A DNA stretch of 64,000 nt from contig CP128819.1 in the NCBI GenBank assembly GCA_051546255.1, forward strand, positions 930,001 to 994,000, in the 5' to 3' direction. The DNA is from Meyerozyma guilliermondii. Its lineage: Eukaryota. Positions 9,201 through 18,281 of the stretch are shown piece by piece. The notes below the pieces were generated by a model. It did no database searches and had not been told where the DNA came from. It was given only the letters and a program-made list of their open reading frames with translations. Position 1 is the first letter of the stretch; each line of letters starts with the position of its first letter. The translations under genes and the position numbers were made by a program.

Positions 9201-10961
9201 AATTAATATGCCCTGACTCGAAATTGCACTATCTCTGTAGTCGGTAATACACCAGTGTATCAATAACTTCAAGTATATGCGCCATCGGCTATTTTCCTGT
9301 TGGGGACGTAAGAGTATAGCCAAGCCATCATCCAAACGATAACGATCTAGCGAATCGACAATTTTTAGCAAATCACCTTGGCTTCTGTTGATGAACCAAT
9401 AATCTGCCTCCGTCGATACCAGTTCATCTTTTGTCGTTTGGGACAGATACTTGGCTTTGGTTGCAAAATCGTGCTGCTGCTCATTAGACACTGCCTGAAT
9501 ATGCTTGGAATTTAAGATCAAGCTTTCATTTCTATACTTGATAGTTTTGAGTTGATCTTTGATGAGTTGAACCTCTTCCATTTTCGAATCCTTGTCGTTG
9601 AGCAATATGCTTGATAACTCTTCGCTGGTAAGCACCCAATAGTTAGGAAGGATAAACGTGTTTGAGTTGTGCTTGAATAGATACTTGATAGACTCTGCTA
9701 CCAAATCGAGAATGGTCAGTTTCAACTTGGAAGGTAAAGCGTTGGAGTTTTGTTTTTGGGGTGGTTGTTTTGGATTGAAGGTTGATGCACGTCGAAGGAA
9801 ATAGTAATTGAGAAGTAGAGCCTCGCTTAGTTCTTTGCACAAATAATCCAAAGGAAGTATCACCTTCCAGAATGATTTAATAAGCATGAGTGCAATTAAT
9901 CTTTGTCCATAGTGTTTTTCGATACCGTTCAAAAGATCCAAGTGCTTATCTGAGTCTTCCCATGACATTGAAATCAATTCTGACACCTGCTTGGCTTCCA
10001 ATGGAAGACCCTCTCTAAGAATATTGATGATGCACGAGAGAAAAAGGCGTCGATCTATAAGGCATTCCAAGTACAACGACTGAAGATACCGCAAAAGATA
10101 AGATAGTTTGGACATATATGCCGACTTTTTCTCTGTCAGGCTAATGCCATTCATCTCTCTTGCAAATTTTTGAACGTAATCGGCGACCTGTTGGGTCCAT
10201 TCGTGAAGCCAGTGGAGTTCGTAGTTGACAATGGTGGAAGTAAATCTGGGTCCTGTCAATTTTGCGTGATACTTCTTTTTAAGCGCTTGTATTTCGGAGT
10301 AGAGAATGCATTTCGTGAACCATATAGCTCGAGGTAATGGCACATTTTTGTTGCACATGCTTTCGACCAAGATTTTATTCCTTATACCATGCGGAAGTTT
10401 GCCAGATATTTTGGACAATGGGATTTCGGGGTCCGCAAGGTCACGGAGCCAGGCTTCTTTCTTCAGAGCCGTGAGAGTGACACGGGGAGGTATCTTAAAT
10501 TGGTGGGTATCATGCTTGATTTTATTAATTGATTCATTCCGGGATTTAAATGCCCCGGCCATCATACGAGATAAATCCTCCAACGCTTCGTTTGGCAGAT
10601 CTGATGACGAAAAGAGAGACGCCTGGACCAAACTTCGTGCTGAAGAATATTCATTTGGTACCGCTGGTGGCTCGTAATACCCTTTGTTCAAATACGATGC
10701 ATTATTTTCTTTCAGTGCTTCGGCATCATTAAAGCTGCCTGGATCTGTGGGTGTACTTTCCCTCCACGGCTTGAAATCTGGATAAGAATGCTTGGTGTTA
10801 CTTTCTTTTTTATCTTCAACTCCGACACTCAATGGATATATATCGAGATTCGGTTTATCCATCAGAAACTTCATGGCTATCAACTCATCTTTATCACTGG
10901 CAGATTGTGTTGAGCGGTTGCTGCTGAACAACAAGCTGTTCCTACTTTTATTCTTGGACAT
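6276..10961 (-). CDS. SRB8: Mediator kinase-module subunit Med12/Srb8
   Basis: Med12 signature YPDFKPW and IPPRVTLT..KKEAWLRDLADPEIPL...PHGIRNK...VPLPRAIWF; 1561 aa. Confidence 0.93.
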   Translation of the reverse strand: MSKNKSRNSLLFSSNRSTQSASDKDELIAMKFLMDKPNLDIYPLSVGVEDKKESNTKHSYPDFKPWRESTPTDPGSFNDAEALKENNASYLNKGYYEPPAVPNEYSSARSLVQASLFSSSDLPNEALEDLSRMMAGAFKSRNESINKIKHDTHQFKIPPRVTLTALKKEAWLRDLADPEIPLSKISGKLPHGIRNKILVESMCNKNVPLPRAIWFTKCILYSEIQALKKKYHAKLTGPRFTSTIVNYELHWLHEWTQQVADYVQKFAREMNGISLTEKKSAYMSKLSYLLRYLQSLYLECLIDRRLFLSCIINILREGLPLEAKQVSELISMSWEDSDKHLDLLNGIEKHYGQRLIALMLIKSFWKVILPLDYLCKELSEALLLNYYFLRRASTFNPKQPPQKQNSNALPSKLKLTILDLVAESIKYLFKHNSNTFILPNYWVLTSEELSSILLNDKDSKMEEVQLIKDQLKTIKYRNESLILNSKHIQAVSNEQQHDFATKAKYLSQTTKDELVSTEADYWFINRSQGDLLKIVDSLDRYRLDDGLAILLRPQQENSRWRIYLKLLIHWCITDYRDSAISSQGILIACNFIKGKVLYKRIDSQKKAEFESEILEIIYQVVSDPTAKIKSYSLYVLINELYQLKIITISSYIRRLIASGVFYVSPEESSQKLILNNEISTHLSILKNLPVTNNKQCDSILRKWVLDDFNFKTKFDTGKIILQENIIENLLESKEKAFVQGSGIEYFQNLEVGLKFLLINWLTTQLKNTIMSSTKLIHVYPSTISILYDLFCACDNLTVFFKGIIKLVLRNDGGIIIFYLDSLYLIAKLVVRHFKLIKYITTSPSEVPTILELMKLILLHYKDLQSRDFDYTKFRSIWIFFESMISSSELQFSSVWDHKTMQKPKNKGTVALSSTEIIAEWSNPWQNVSPSTEDLKTVLDDIIAEPVPLLSEEELGESCKTLKVTLASNTVLDNFSQLLIKFDETLGNLQYDEEVSLIRLIVHHDRLLKASKESTDVSTLIKAHIGEMSDSTKILLLLKKLLCYELIDYLLVVQLLTSENYGFSAESNYDTIMQVLFGKNVRTGIFSNQQVMLQILRETYLTKNSVSVLPIILKSFKRTQSHVPVEQILKENMLSVLRGCCLYHIRDVIDELVKHLTNSEIIRVCNELAGISPDSSISLINDIPVLGKVANEFSLPICQILLRTITLNELEYLGTLEASRQIEIITESLLYSFHSDLLKDNSFFGEITNYCGPEYKYMFLRVLETKFLTCTKFDGGRLSLCTEQGENLFPILKDFFKKFSVSYTRDAVTGELFTELNKFLQELLPIAKSPSIDENTAVDLQNAISVYLRIIIIHKVPLITTIITKDGEKFTFVRNLIELLKSNFLSSNNESLRILLYDLLLLMKSSLTLALTLQANGMFENSPAATQDDFNGNQEIDAPPTEQHSKQLFVNDAISSISRIFNLPEPSTSNPFEAYKKEEIQACSIMLDEEELNCGSDFAAFNDSGLVAVPVDKKRSSSEKVKPFKIKSFEIIEGSTNGSEDLNDSCINLLMFGAYVLRENPL

Positions 10962-11260
10962 GGTTGAAGAGTATCATGTAAGTCGGAGGACGAAAGTGGT
11001 GATCTTTTCTGGGGAACTACAAATGGGTGTATTGGTGTCGCTTGGCATTGAATAATACCGATACTAGAACCAACACAAGAAAAGAGAAGTAGAAGTGTTA
11101 GAAAGTTTCTTTATAGCTTGTTACTTTGGCACATCGAACAATTGTTCATGAAATTTTGAAATTTTTTATATTTTTCTGTTTTGCATTTTTTTCATTTTCT
11201 TCAATTCTCATTGATCTTAAGAGTAGTGTTCTTTTAACGCTATATGTACTTTACATTTTT

Positions 11261-14200
11261 CTACCAATCGTCATCATCGTCCTCTTCTTCATCATCGCTG
11301 TCTCTCGTTGCAGACCTCTTCTTGAGAGCATCCGCAATAGATCCAGCAAGATTTGTCTCCTCATTTTTCTTAGCAAGAAGAGCTCCTGCCAATCCATTTG
11401 AAAGTCCACCTTCCTGTTGTGTCAGTGCCGCAGCAGCAGCATTCCCTCCTTGTTCAGGAACGGTCCTGGTAGTTGCAGATGGAGGTGGAGGAGGTGGAGG
11501 AGACTTGGATCCCCCAAGGTTCAGCGGTGGAGGACACTCGGAAATGTATGCTGTTGGAACCCAGCCCTCTTTGGACTCGTCCAACGATTTGGCCAATGAC
11601 CATTGTCCGTTGTTCTGGGTGATGTATACAATGTCATTGGCACTCAATGCCATCGAGCCACTGACAGAACCATCGTAGTCATAGTTGGCCTTGAATGTGG
11701 GCCACTTTGGCTTGGCCGCTGATAAAGATGGAGGTGGGGGAGGAGCAGTCTTTTTAACTGGAGGTGCTGGAGCAGCCTTTTTAGCTGGTCTTGAAGGTGC
11801 CGTTGGGTTGGAATTGTGGTTCTGTACCACAGTGGCAGGTTGTTGTATGTTGACATGATTCATAGCAGCGGTCGCAGCGGTAACTGCTTCCTGATGGTTA
11901 TTGTTCAAAGAAGGAGCAGGAGGAGGAACCTTGCGTACATGGTTGTTAGGCTGCTGGTGAACAGGTGCGACTGGAGTAGGGTACGAAGGTTGCTGTTGTG
12001 TTGCATGGCTTGGTGGAGCCACAGGTGTCCTCTGTTGGGAAGTAGGATGAGCTGGAGGAACGGTCCGTGCTGGAGCAAGACGCCCACCACGATTATAGTA
12101 CTTGCTATAGTCCACTTTCGAAGATGTAGCTCTAGGTCTTTTGGGGTTCTGACTGTCGGGTGAAAGACCAGGACGAACAGAGACTGTACCCGACTTGTAA
12201 ACATCGCCATGAATAGGAATGGTCGACACATCACTTCTTACAAACTTGACAGTGTGGAACTTTCCAGGCTTCTTTTGATATTCAATAGTGGGCCCAATCT
12301 TGATCGTTAAACCAGGATTGAGTTTCTTCAAGTGAGTGACCAATTCTGTCTTAAAATCAAGATTGATGAGTACATCTGGAGTTGTAGGTGTAGGCGAATG
12401 GAGGGAAACAGCTAACCAGTTGTCCTGGAAAGTAGAAAGACCAACGTAGTTAATACTGTTAATAGGAATCACAAACTCTTTCAGCAATTGAAGCCGTCTC
12501 TCAACGAGATTCTCCGCTATAATATAGAGCGAAGATCTACCCAACACAAAGATTCTTGGAAGTCTCTTTGAAGATCTTCCAAACTTTGATAAGAGAATCT
12601 CACCTTTCCCTGAAAAAACGACGTGCTCGTTGAGGCCAACCTGGTTCAATACAAACCTACCGAATCCAGAGCTGTAGTTACAACCCAAATAGTCACCCAT
12701 AAAAGCTCTTGAACCGAGCATAGACATTCTTCTTCTTTCCTTTCTACCTTGCAACAACCCATTTCCATAGTCACGAAGCTGTTCAAATTGGTTACCATGT
12801 TTTTTGACTTTCCAAGCATTCTGAATAAGTCTCGCAGCATCCTCTTTACGTTTGACGTAGCGGCGCCATGCCCTCTGGATACGTGCCGCCATATTGTGCC
12901 AGTATTTGTCACGCATGTCTTCCATAGCAAAAAGGGTTTCTGGCGTCTTGATAAATACCTTCGAAGTTCCCATTTGAAACTCAGTGTCAGGAATGTGACA
13001 CGACTTTAAGATTTCTCTGACGGCCGAAATATCATCTCCATTCCAGATGTAATCGCCTGCGTACCCAGTTTTGGGAGACAAAAGATAGAATCTCTGCACA
13101 AACTTGTCAAAGGTGGTACGATAGGCAAAACCAGCTCTTCTAATCCGCACATTCTCCTTCAATCCCAAATATTTCACTTGATGTAAAACTTGAGCATTGT
13201 CATATTCTTTGGGTCTCTTTGTCTGATTTGGTTTGATAGTTCTAATATAAGAGGGTTGGCACTGTGAAAGAGTATCCACCAACAAATTAGCACTCTTCTT
13301 GATCTTGTCGGACGCTGTTTCGGGTCTCTTCTTTTTATCAGTTAACACTGCCAATAAATCGGGTGGGAAGAGAACCAGGTTCACGAAGGTATTCTGAGAC
13401 GTTGACAACATTTCCAAAAGGTCACGTAACATAGCATCCTTATTCTTATCAGTCATACCTGCAACATCGTATACCACGTCGCCGGCATAATGTTTAATGA
13501 TAAATTTGCCTTTACGATCTTCAAAGTGACGATTGTTTGCTCCCACCATACTGAGTCTCTGAGCAAACACCTGGTCAGCAGCATCGGAGTCAGCATGTGC
13601 TGTTTTGATGGAGTCGTTCAAAGCAGCAAAAAGACCAGGTTGTGGGCGGGTTGCTTCTATAAGGTCACAAACGACTTTGTTGTTGAAGTAGTCGATGGGA
13701 GTCCACTTGATCTGTTCCTGAACGTATTCATCTTGTTCCGCTTTCAAAGTCAACTGAATAAAAATCTGCTGAAGTTTCTCGTTCACGTAGTTGATACAAA
13801 TTTGCTCGAAGGAATTATGCTCGAAAATCTCGAAACCATAAATATCCAAAATACCGATAGTCTTCTTTTCCATCGCTTCTGCACGGCCACGGAGAGAGAT
13901 ATTCACACGCTCAACAATCCAGTCAAACAAATAATTGTAAATACCCTTCGCTAAAGCGTCTCTCAGGGCTGTTGCTTGGACAATGTTCAAAGGGACATGA
14001 TAAGTTGAGCCTCGTCTCATACCGTGGCTCGTTTCGATAACTCTTTCGAGGATTGATTTCTTCAATACGTTGGCATCGACTTCAAGCAAGTATGCCACAA
14101 AAGTCGTCACTGTATCATCTCGAATTGCTGCGTTCCCATCTTCATTTTCCACAAAGGAAATGTTACCTATCCACAAGATCAGTGCCAAGGAACGAAAGAT

Positions 14201-15088
14201 ATTGTCCTGTTCCGCCTTGCTCAAGCCGATCGTATTCATAGCTTGCAACGTCTCAGCAAAGTCCTTACCATCGTTGATACCCTCAACGTCAATACATTTT
14301 GCAGCCGAAGTGTAGACGTAAGTCTCTGGGCCTTGAAGTCCAAACAGCTGCTTGTACTCTGGCGGACACAGCTTTGTCAATTGGTAAAATATATGGAAGT
14401 TTCGCTCGTTTGTGATTTGTGACACAACTCTCTGTTTCTCTAAAAGGTAGTTTGTTATATGGGCAGCCACAGGTTGATAGTTGGACGGATTGAAATAAAT
14501 TTCGAGATATTTACCATGACGGGACGAATTGTTGTTTCTCAAAGTCTTGGCACATCCAAAAGATTCCAAGAGCGGATTCGTGGCGAGAACCATATCTTTA
14601 ATCTGAGTGATCTCAGATGTCGTGGATACCTTATCATCTACAGACACATTGGCAATATATTGCATGATCTGCTTGGCGGCTTCAGTCTTGCCCGCACCTG
14701 ATTCACCCGAGATAATTACACACTGGCTCTCTCCGTACGACTTGAGATGATAGTACATGGACTCAGCAATGGCAAACACATGGGGTGGAACTTCGAGTCG
14801 ATTTTTACCCTTGTACATGTTCAAATACTCCTTTGTATATATGCCCAAGTCCTGGAATGGATTCACCGAGATCAACACATGGCCAATATAGGTATAGATG
14901 GTGTTGTTCATGAATCTCTTGTGTAAGTTGTCATTGATTGAATCATCGCTGATTTTGGACAAAAGTGTCAAGTCCGAAACTCCCACTTCCTTCTTCTTGT
15001 GAAGGTCAAATTCGGCCTTCTTGATACCAGACTTTGCGGGAGCCTCTTGCTTGGCTTTTGATCGGGCGCCACGCTTTACGATGGCCAT
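11261..15088 (-). CDS. MYO5: Type I myosin (motor, IQ, TH1, SH3, acidic DDDW tail)
   Basis: GESGAGKT P-loop, [17 protein letters not shown]3 domain and Arp2/3-activating acidic tail; true start MAIVKRG at 15088. Confidence 0.97.
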   Translation of the reverse strand: MAIVKRGARSKAKQEAPAKSGIKKAEFDLHKKKEVGVSDLTLLSKISDDSINDNLHKRFMNNTIYTYIGHVLISVNPFQDLGIYTKEYLNMYKGKNRLEVPPHVFAIAESMYYHLKSYGESQCVIISGESGAGKTEAAKQIMQYIANVSVDDKVSTTSEITQIKDMVLATNPLLESFGCAKTLRNNNSSRHGKYLEIYFNPSNYQPVAAHITNYLLEKQRVVSQITNERNFHIFYQLTKLCPPEYKQLFGLQGPETYVYTSAAKCIDVEGINDGKDFAETLQAMNTIGLSKAEQDNIFRSLALILWIGNISFVENEDGNAAIRDDTVTTFVAYLLEVDANVLKKSILERVIETSHGMRRGSTYHVPLNIVQATALRDALAKGIYNYLFDWIVERVNISLRGRAEAMEKKTIGILDIYGFEIFEHNSFEQICINYVNEKLQQIFIQLTLKAEQDEYVQEQIKWTPIDYFNNKVVCDLIEATRPQPGLFAALNDSIKTAHADSDAADQVFAQRLSMVGANNRHFEDRKGKFIIKHYAGDVVYDVAGMTDKNKDAMLRDLLEMLSTSQNTFVNLVLFPPDLLAVLTDKKKRPETASDKIKKSANLLVDTLSQCQPSYIRTIKPNQTKRPKEYDNAQVLHQVKYLGLKENVRIRRAGFAYRTTFDKFVQRFYLLSPKTGYAGDYIWNGDDISAVREILKSCHIPDTEFQMGTSKVFIKTPETLFAMEDMRDKYWHNMAARIQRAWRRYVKRKEDAARLIQNAWKVKKHGNQFEQLRDYGNGLLQGRKERRRMSMLGSRAFMGDYLGCNYSSGFGRFVLNQVGLNEHVVFSGKGEILLSKFGRSSKRLPRIFVLGRSSLYIIAENLVERRLQLLKEFVIPINSINYVGLSTFQDNWLAVSLHSPTPTTPDVLINLDFKTELVTHLKKLNPGLTIKIGPTIEYQKKPGKFHTVKFVRSDVSTIPIHGDVYKSGTVSVRPGLSPDSQNPKRPRATSSKVDYSKYYNRGGRLAPARTVPPAHPTSQQRTPVAPPSHATQQQPSYPTPVAPVHQQPNNHVRKVPPPAPSLNNNHQEAVTAATAAMNHVNIQQPATVVQNHNSNPTAPSRPAKKAAPAPPVKKTAPPPPPSLSAAKPKWPTFKANYDYDGSVSGSMALSANDIVYITQNNGQWSLAKSLDESKEGWVPTAYISECPPPLNLGGSKSPPPPPPPSATTRTVPEQGGNAAAAALTQQEGGLSNGLAGALLAKKNEETNLAGSIADALKKRSATRDSDDEEEDDDDDW

Positions 15089-15261
15089 TTCGTATACTTG
15101 AAAGGGTGAAGGTTTAAGTAGCGGTGGTCGGCGTGCGCGGATGACTTTGGGCTGTGTGTGGGTGCACGGATGTGAAATTATGGGGAACAAGATGGTACCT
15201 ATAAATAACTACATACCAAAAACTAATTGAAAATGGTGTTTGATATCTATTGTACATACCG

Positions 15262-16788
15262 CTAGCTAGACCATATGCGTACCATTTTATCTTTGCCTCC
15301 TGAGGCAACTCTCTTACCATCCATACTCCAATCTACTGCATACACCTCGTCAGCATGTCCAGGCAAGTCTACCGAAAGTTTCCTGGTTCTTACGTCCCAC
15401 ACCTTCAATGTAGTATCTTTCGAGCAGCTAACAAGAAGACGGCTATCCGGAGACCATGCGGTTTGATATACAGGAGCCACATGGCCACGGAATGTTCCGA
15501 TAAATGTACCTTTAATTCCATCCCAGAGCTTGATTGAATTATCAAATGAACTCGACACCACATATCTACCGTCCGGTGAAAATGAAACATGATTAACGAG
15601 CTTCTGGTGTCCGGTCATACGACACACAGGTTTTGACGATTTGAGTGGTTCCCACAAATACATTGTGAAATCATCACTTGCAGTGACGAGACGCTCACGC
15701 TCACTTCCATTGAGAACGGCCACTTTTTGGTACTGCTCCTTTGCCTTGGCAATGAGCTCTGCTTGTGACAACTTGGCGGTGGTTCCAGTGTGGTCGAAAC
15801 CTCCACTTCTGAGGGCGTGGTCTGTGGAAATAGCTAGATGGTTTACCCAATGGGCATGGCTCTTCAAAATTTGCAAGCATTTACCTCCAGCGGATATGTC
15901 CCATGCCCGAATTGTCTTGTCATGAGATGCACTGTATATCAAGTTTGATCCTGACCACTTGACACAAGAAACGGAATTTGTATGGCCACTCAATGTCAAT
16001 AAGCATACTCTACGAGTGGTATCCCAAACTTTGACACAACCATCCTTGGACCCAGATGCCAACCTTGGCAGGTTCCCTGGGGTCACCAAGTGGAGTGGCT
16101 CCCATGTTAAGCTGGAAACCCACTTGGAATGGCCTGATAAAGCTGAACCCAACGCAGCACCCAGCTTGGCATCCCATAGCCTTATGGTATTATCCATGGA
16201 TCCGGTGGCTATCATTGTTCCACAAGGTGAATATGCAACACAAAGAACCCAGTTGGTATGACCAGTGAGTGTTTTAAAAGGAGTATGGGTGTTACAGTCC
16301 CAGATTCTTGCAGTGGAATCTCCAGCACCAGTACACATTCTCCCCGAATCGTTGGGTGCAAATTGACAGCACAATATGGTAGATCCATGACCAGCAATAG
16401 CATTACTGGACCTGGTTACTGGTCGAACCTTGAAAACAGCCCTAGGGGTATACACCATGGTTAGAAAATCTTCGGTAGTCTTAATCTTTGGTTTCAAGAT
16501 CGAACTGTATAGGTTGTCCTTCACGTCTACGGTCTTGTCACCATCAACAACTGCGAAAGTATATGGTACTGCTTCATCTTCACCGAGGAGCTGGTTAAGT
16601 AACTGCTCCAATTGTTTTTCGGTGATTCCACCAGGAACTCGAAGAGATCCTCCTACAGAGTCACCAGTATCCGAAGCCTGGAATTTAATCATGACGTGCG
16701 GAAGATCCGCAGGAACGATGTCCACATCGCGGACTTTCTGGGCCTCCTTTTTCTGTTTCTTTGACGGAGGTGGAACGACGGTAGCCAT
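15262..16788 (-). CDS. RSA4: Ribosome assembly WD40 protein Rsa4/Notchless
   Basis: N-terminal PPPSKKQKK plus UBL-like domain and about eight WD40 repeats ending DLPGHADEVYAVDWSMDGKRVASGGKDKMVRIWS. Confidence 0.96.
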   Translation of the reverse strand: MATVVPPPSKKQKKEAQKVRDVDIVPADLPHVMIKFQASDTGDSVGGSLRVPGGITEKQLEQLLNQLLGEDEAVPYTFAVVDGDKTVDVKDNLYSSILKPKIKTTEDFLTMVYTPRAVFKVRPVTRSSNAIAGHGSTILCCQFAPNDSGRMCTGAGDSTARIWDCNTHTPFKTLTGHTNWVLCVAYSPCGTMIATGSMDNTIRLWDAKLGAALGSALSGHSKWVSSLTWEPLHLVTPGNLPRLASGSKDGCVKVWDTTRRVCLLTLSGHTNSVSCVKWSGSNLIYSASHDKTIRAWDISAGGKCLQILKSHAHWVNHLAISTDHALRSGGFDHTGTTAKLSQAELIAKAKEQYQKVAVLNGSERERLVTASDDFTMYLWEPLKSSKPVCRMTGHQKLVNHVSFSPDGRYVVSSSFDNSIKLWDGIKGTFIGTFRGHVAPVYQTAWSPDSRLLVSCSKDTTLKVWDVRTRKLSVDLPGHADEVYAVDWSMDGKRVASGGKDKMVRIWSS

Positions 16789-16812
16789 GGCGAATTAATT
16801 CTCCACCTCCAT

Positions 16813-16830
16813 CTCATCGCGGCTCATCAG
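16813..16830 (-). promoter_or_regulatory. Tandem PAC elements (GATGAG) of the RSA4 promoter
   Basis: Minus strand CTGATGAGCCGCGATGAG, 25-42 bp upstream of the RSA4 ATG; Ribi-regulon motif. Confidence 0.7.
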
Positions 16831-18121
16831 ACATCTGGTGTATGGATGTGTCGTTCTTTGAAGTTGACTGCAGGACAGGCATCAGCGGCTGCAAGATAGA
16901 TGGTTCATCATCAGACGCTTCAATTTCCAGGGAGAAGTCAGGGATGAGGGCTCGAAGCTGGGATTCGCTTATTTCTGGAGAAGATGGGATATTAGCCGGC
17001 TGAAATTCATAGTCGGGTTCTGAGAGGTCTAAAAAGTGGTAATTTTTCAGTGCGGCTTCCCATTGAGTTTTGTTCAATTCATGGTAGAATTGTTGGTCAT
17101 AATCGAAATAGAGTGTTTTGGAGGCGGTTGCAGTGTTTTGTATTTTAATCTCGAGAACCTGGACAAGTCTCAAGTTTTCTGACGAGGCAGATATTGGTTG
17201 GGAGACATAGCGCTTGTAATGTGGAGTTCGATGGTACCAATCTGAGTAGAAAATGAACCGAGCAGCAATATAGTTTGAGAATGAGCTTTTCACGTATACA
17301 GAATTATCGGAATCGTCCAAAGAAGGTACCAACACAGGTCTTGTTTGGCGCTTGAATGGCTGCGAATTGAACGATGCTTGCGACGATTCTGGTGCGGAAC
17401 TGTGTATCGATTGTGAGCTTCTTGGTAACTGCGAGTTTATGAACGAGAAGTTTGGCGTATCTTGAGAGTATGGCAATGATTTTGTTATAAGAAATCCTGT
17501 CAAGATACACACCAGGTTTGTGGAATATGCAAACTGGGATATGAGGCTAGTTAGGCTAGAAACATGTGACTGGAATTTCAACGACGGGTTTTCTCGTAGC
17601 AAATTGGAGGACGGAGGAAGCTCGGGATGATGAGTTTGTTGCAATAACGCAGCAGAATTGCGTGTTATGTGGAATTTCAAGAGTGCTTCTTCGCAAGCGG
17701 CGGAAAGTTGCAACTTGTAATGCTGGGCTGTTTCATGAAAATTCGCCACAACCACCAAGCATTTGCTTCCGGCGGCCTTCTTGAGCATTTCTGAACTAAA
17801 GAGGGTAAAGAGCTGGGCAAATGAGTTGGTGACGAAACATTTAATGCGATCAGACTTCCAATTTTTATCATAAGATGGGTGATTTTGAAGCCACAGCCAA
17901 AGGAATGGATGAAGTGTTTGAATTACGATCACCTTGTGTGACTCGTCTGCTGCTAGGTGAGATACCATGAGATTTGCAAGCATTGGATGGAGACCCGTTT
18001 TGGTTGGAGTGGTTTGGAAATCATAGATGGCACTTGTAAACTCAATTCCAAGAGAAGATAGCCCGGAATCCAAATGCTTGAACTCGTGAGCGCGTTTCTG
18101 AAGCTCTAAGAGTGTCACCAT
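16814..18121 (-). CDS. Highly diverged Rad51 paralog, probable Rad55 ortholog with degenerate Walker motifs
   Basis: Order of RecA-fold-like elements (LDSGLSSL, AIYDF, KVIVIQT, LVVVANF, YSTN(S)VCILTG, LVPSL, RFIFYSDW, ENLRL) parallels yeast Rad55 as recalled. The ORF is certain; the identity is inferred. Confidence 0.6.
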   Translation of the reverse strand: MVTLLELQKRAHEFKHLDSGLSSLGIEFTSAIYDFQTTPTKTGLHPMLANLMVSHLAADESHKVIVIQTLHPFLWLWLQNHPSYDKNWKSDRIKCFVTNSFAQLFTLFSSEMLKKAAGSKCLVVVANFHETAQHYKLQLSAACEEALLKFHITRNSAALLQQTHHPELPPSSNLLRENPSLKFQSHVSSLTSLISQFAYSTNLVCILTGFLITKSLPYSQDTPNFSFINSQLPRSSQSIHSSAPESSQASFNSQPFKRQTRPVLVPSLDDSDNSVYVKSSFSNYIAARFIFYSDWYHRTPHYKRYVSQPISASSENLRLVQVLEIKIQNTATASKTLYFDYDQQFYHELNKTQWEAALKNYHFLDLSEPDYEFQPANIPSSPEISESQLRALIPDFSLEIEASDDEPSILQPLMPVLQSTSKNDTSIHQMSDEPR

Positions 18122-18281
18122 ACTATAAAAATCGTGTCAATCACGGACCATATCCTAGCACAACCTCGAGCCCGTCCGGCACACACCACGATTTTTTAGG
18201 TCGATCGCAGACCCGCCCTACATACAGGCGAGCCGTCTGACGCTCATTAACCATTATACCCCACGAAAAGTCTTCACAACA

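Noticed and set aside
11126..11401. Hydrophobic 91-aa ORF over the MYO5 3' end
   Set aside because: Arises from the T-rich terminator region and the antisense of the acidic tail.
15089..15190. N-terminal extensions in the ORF track for MYO5 (also ARG8, ZAP1, PAT1, ROY1-like, COX7, PEX8, QDR3, EXO84)
   Set aside because: They begin at TTG/GTG-type codons and precede the first ATG or conserved Met; artefacts of the ORF caller.
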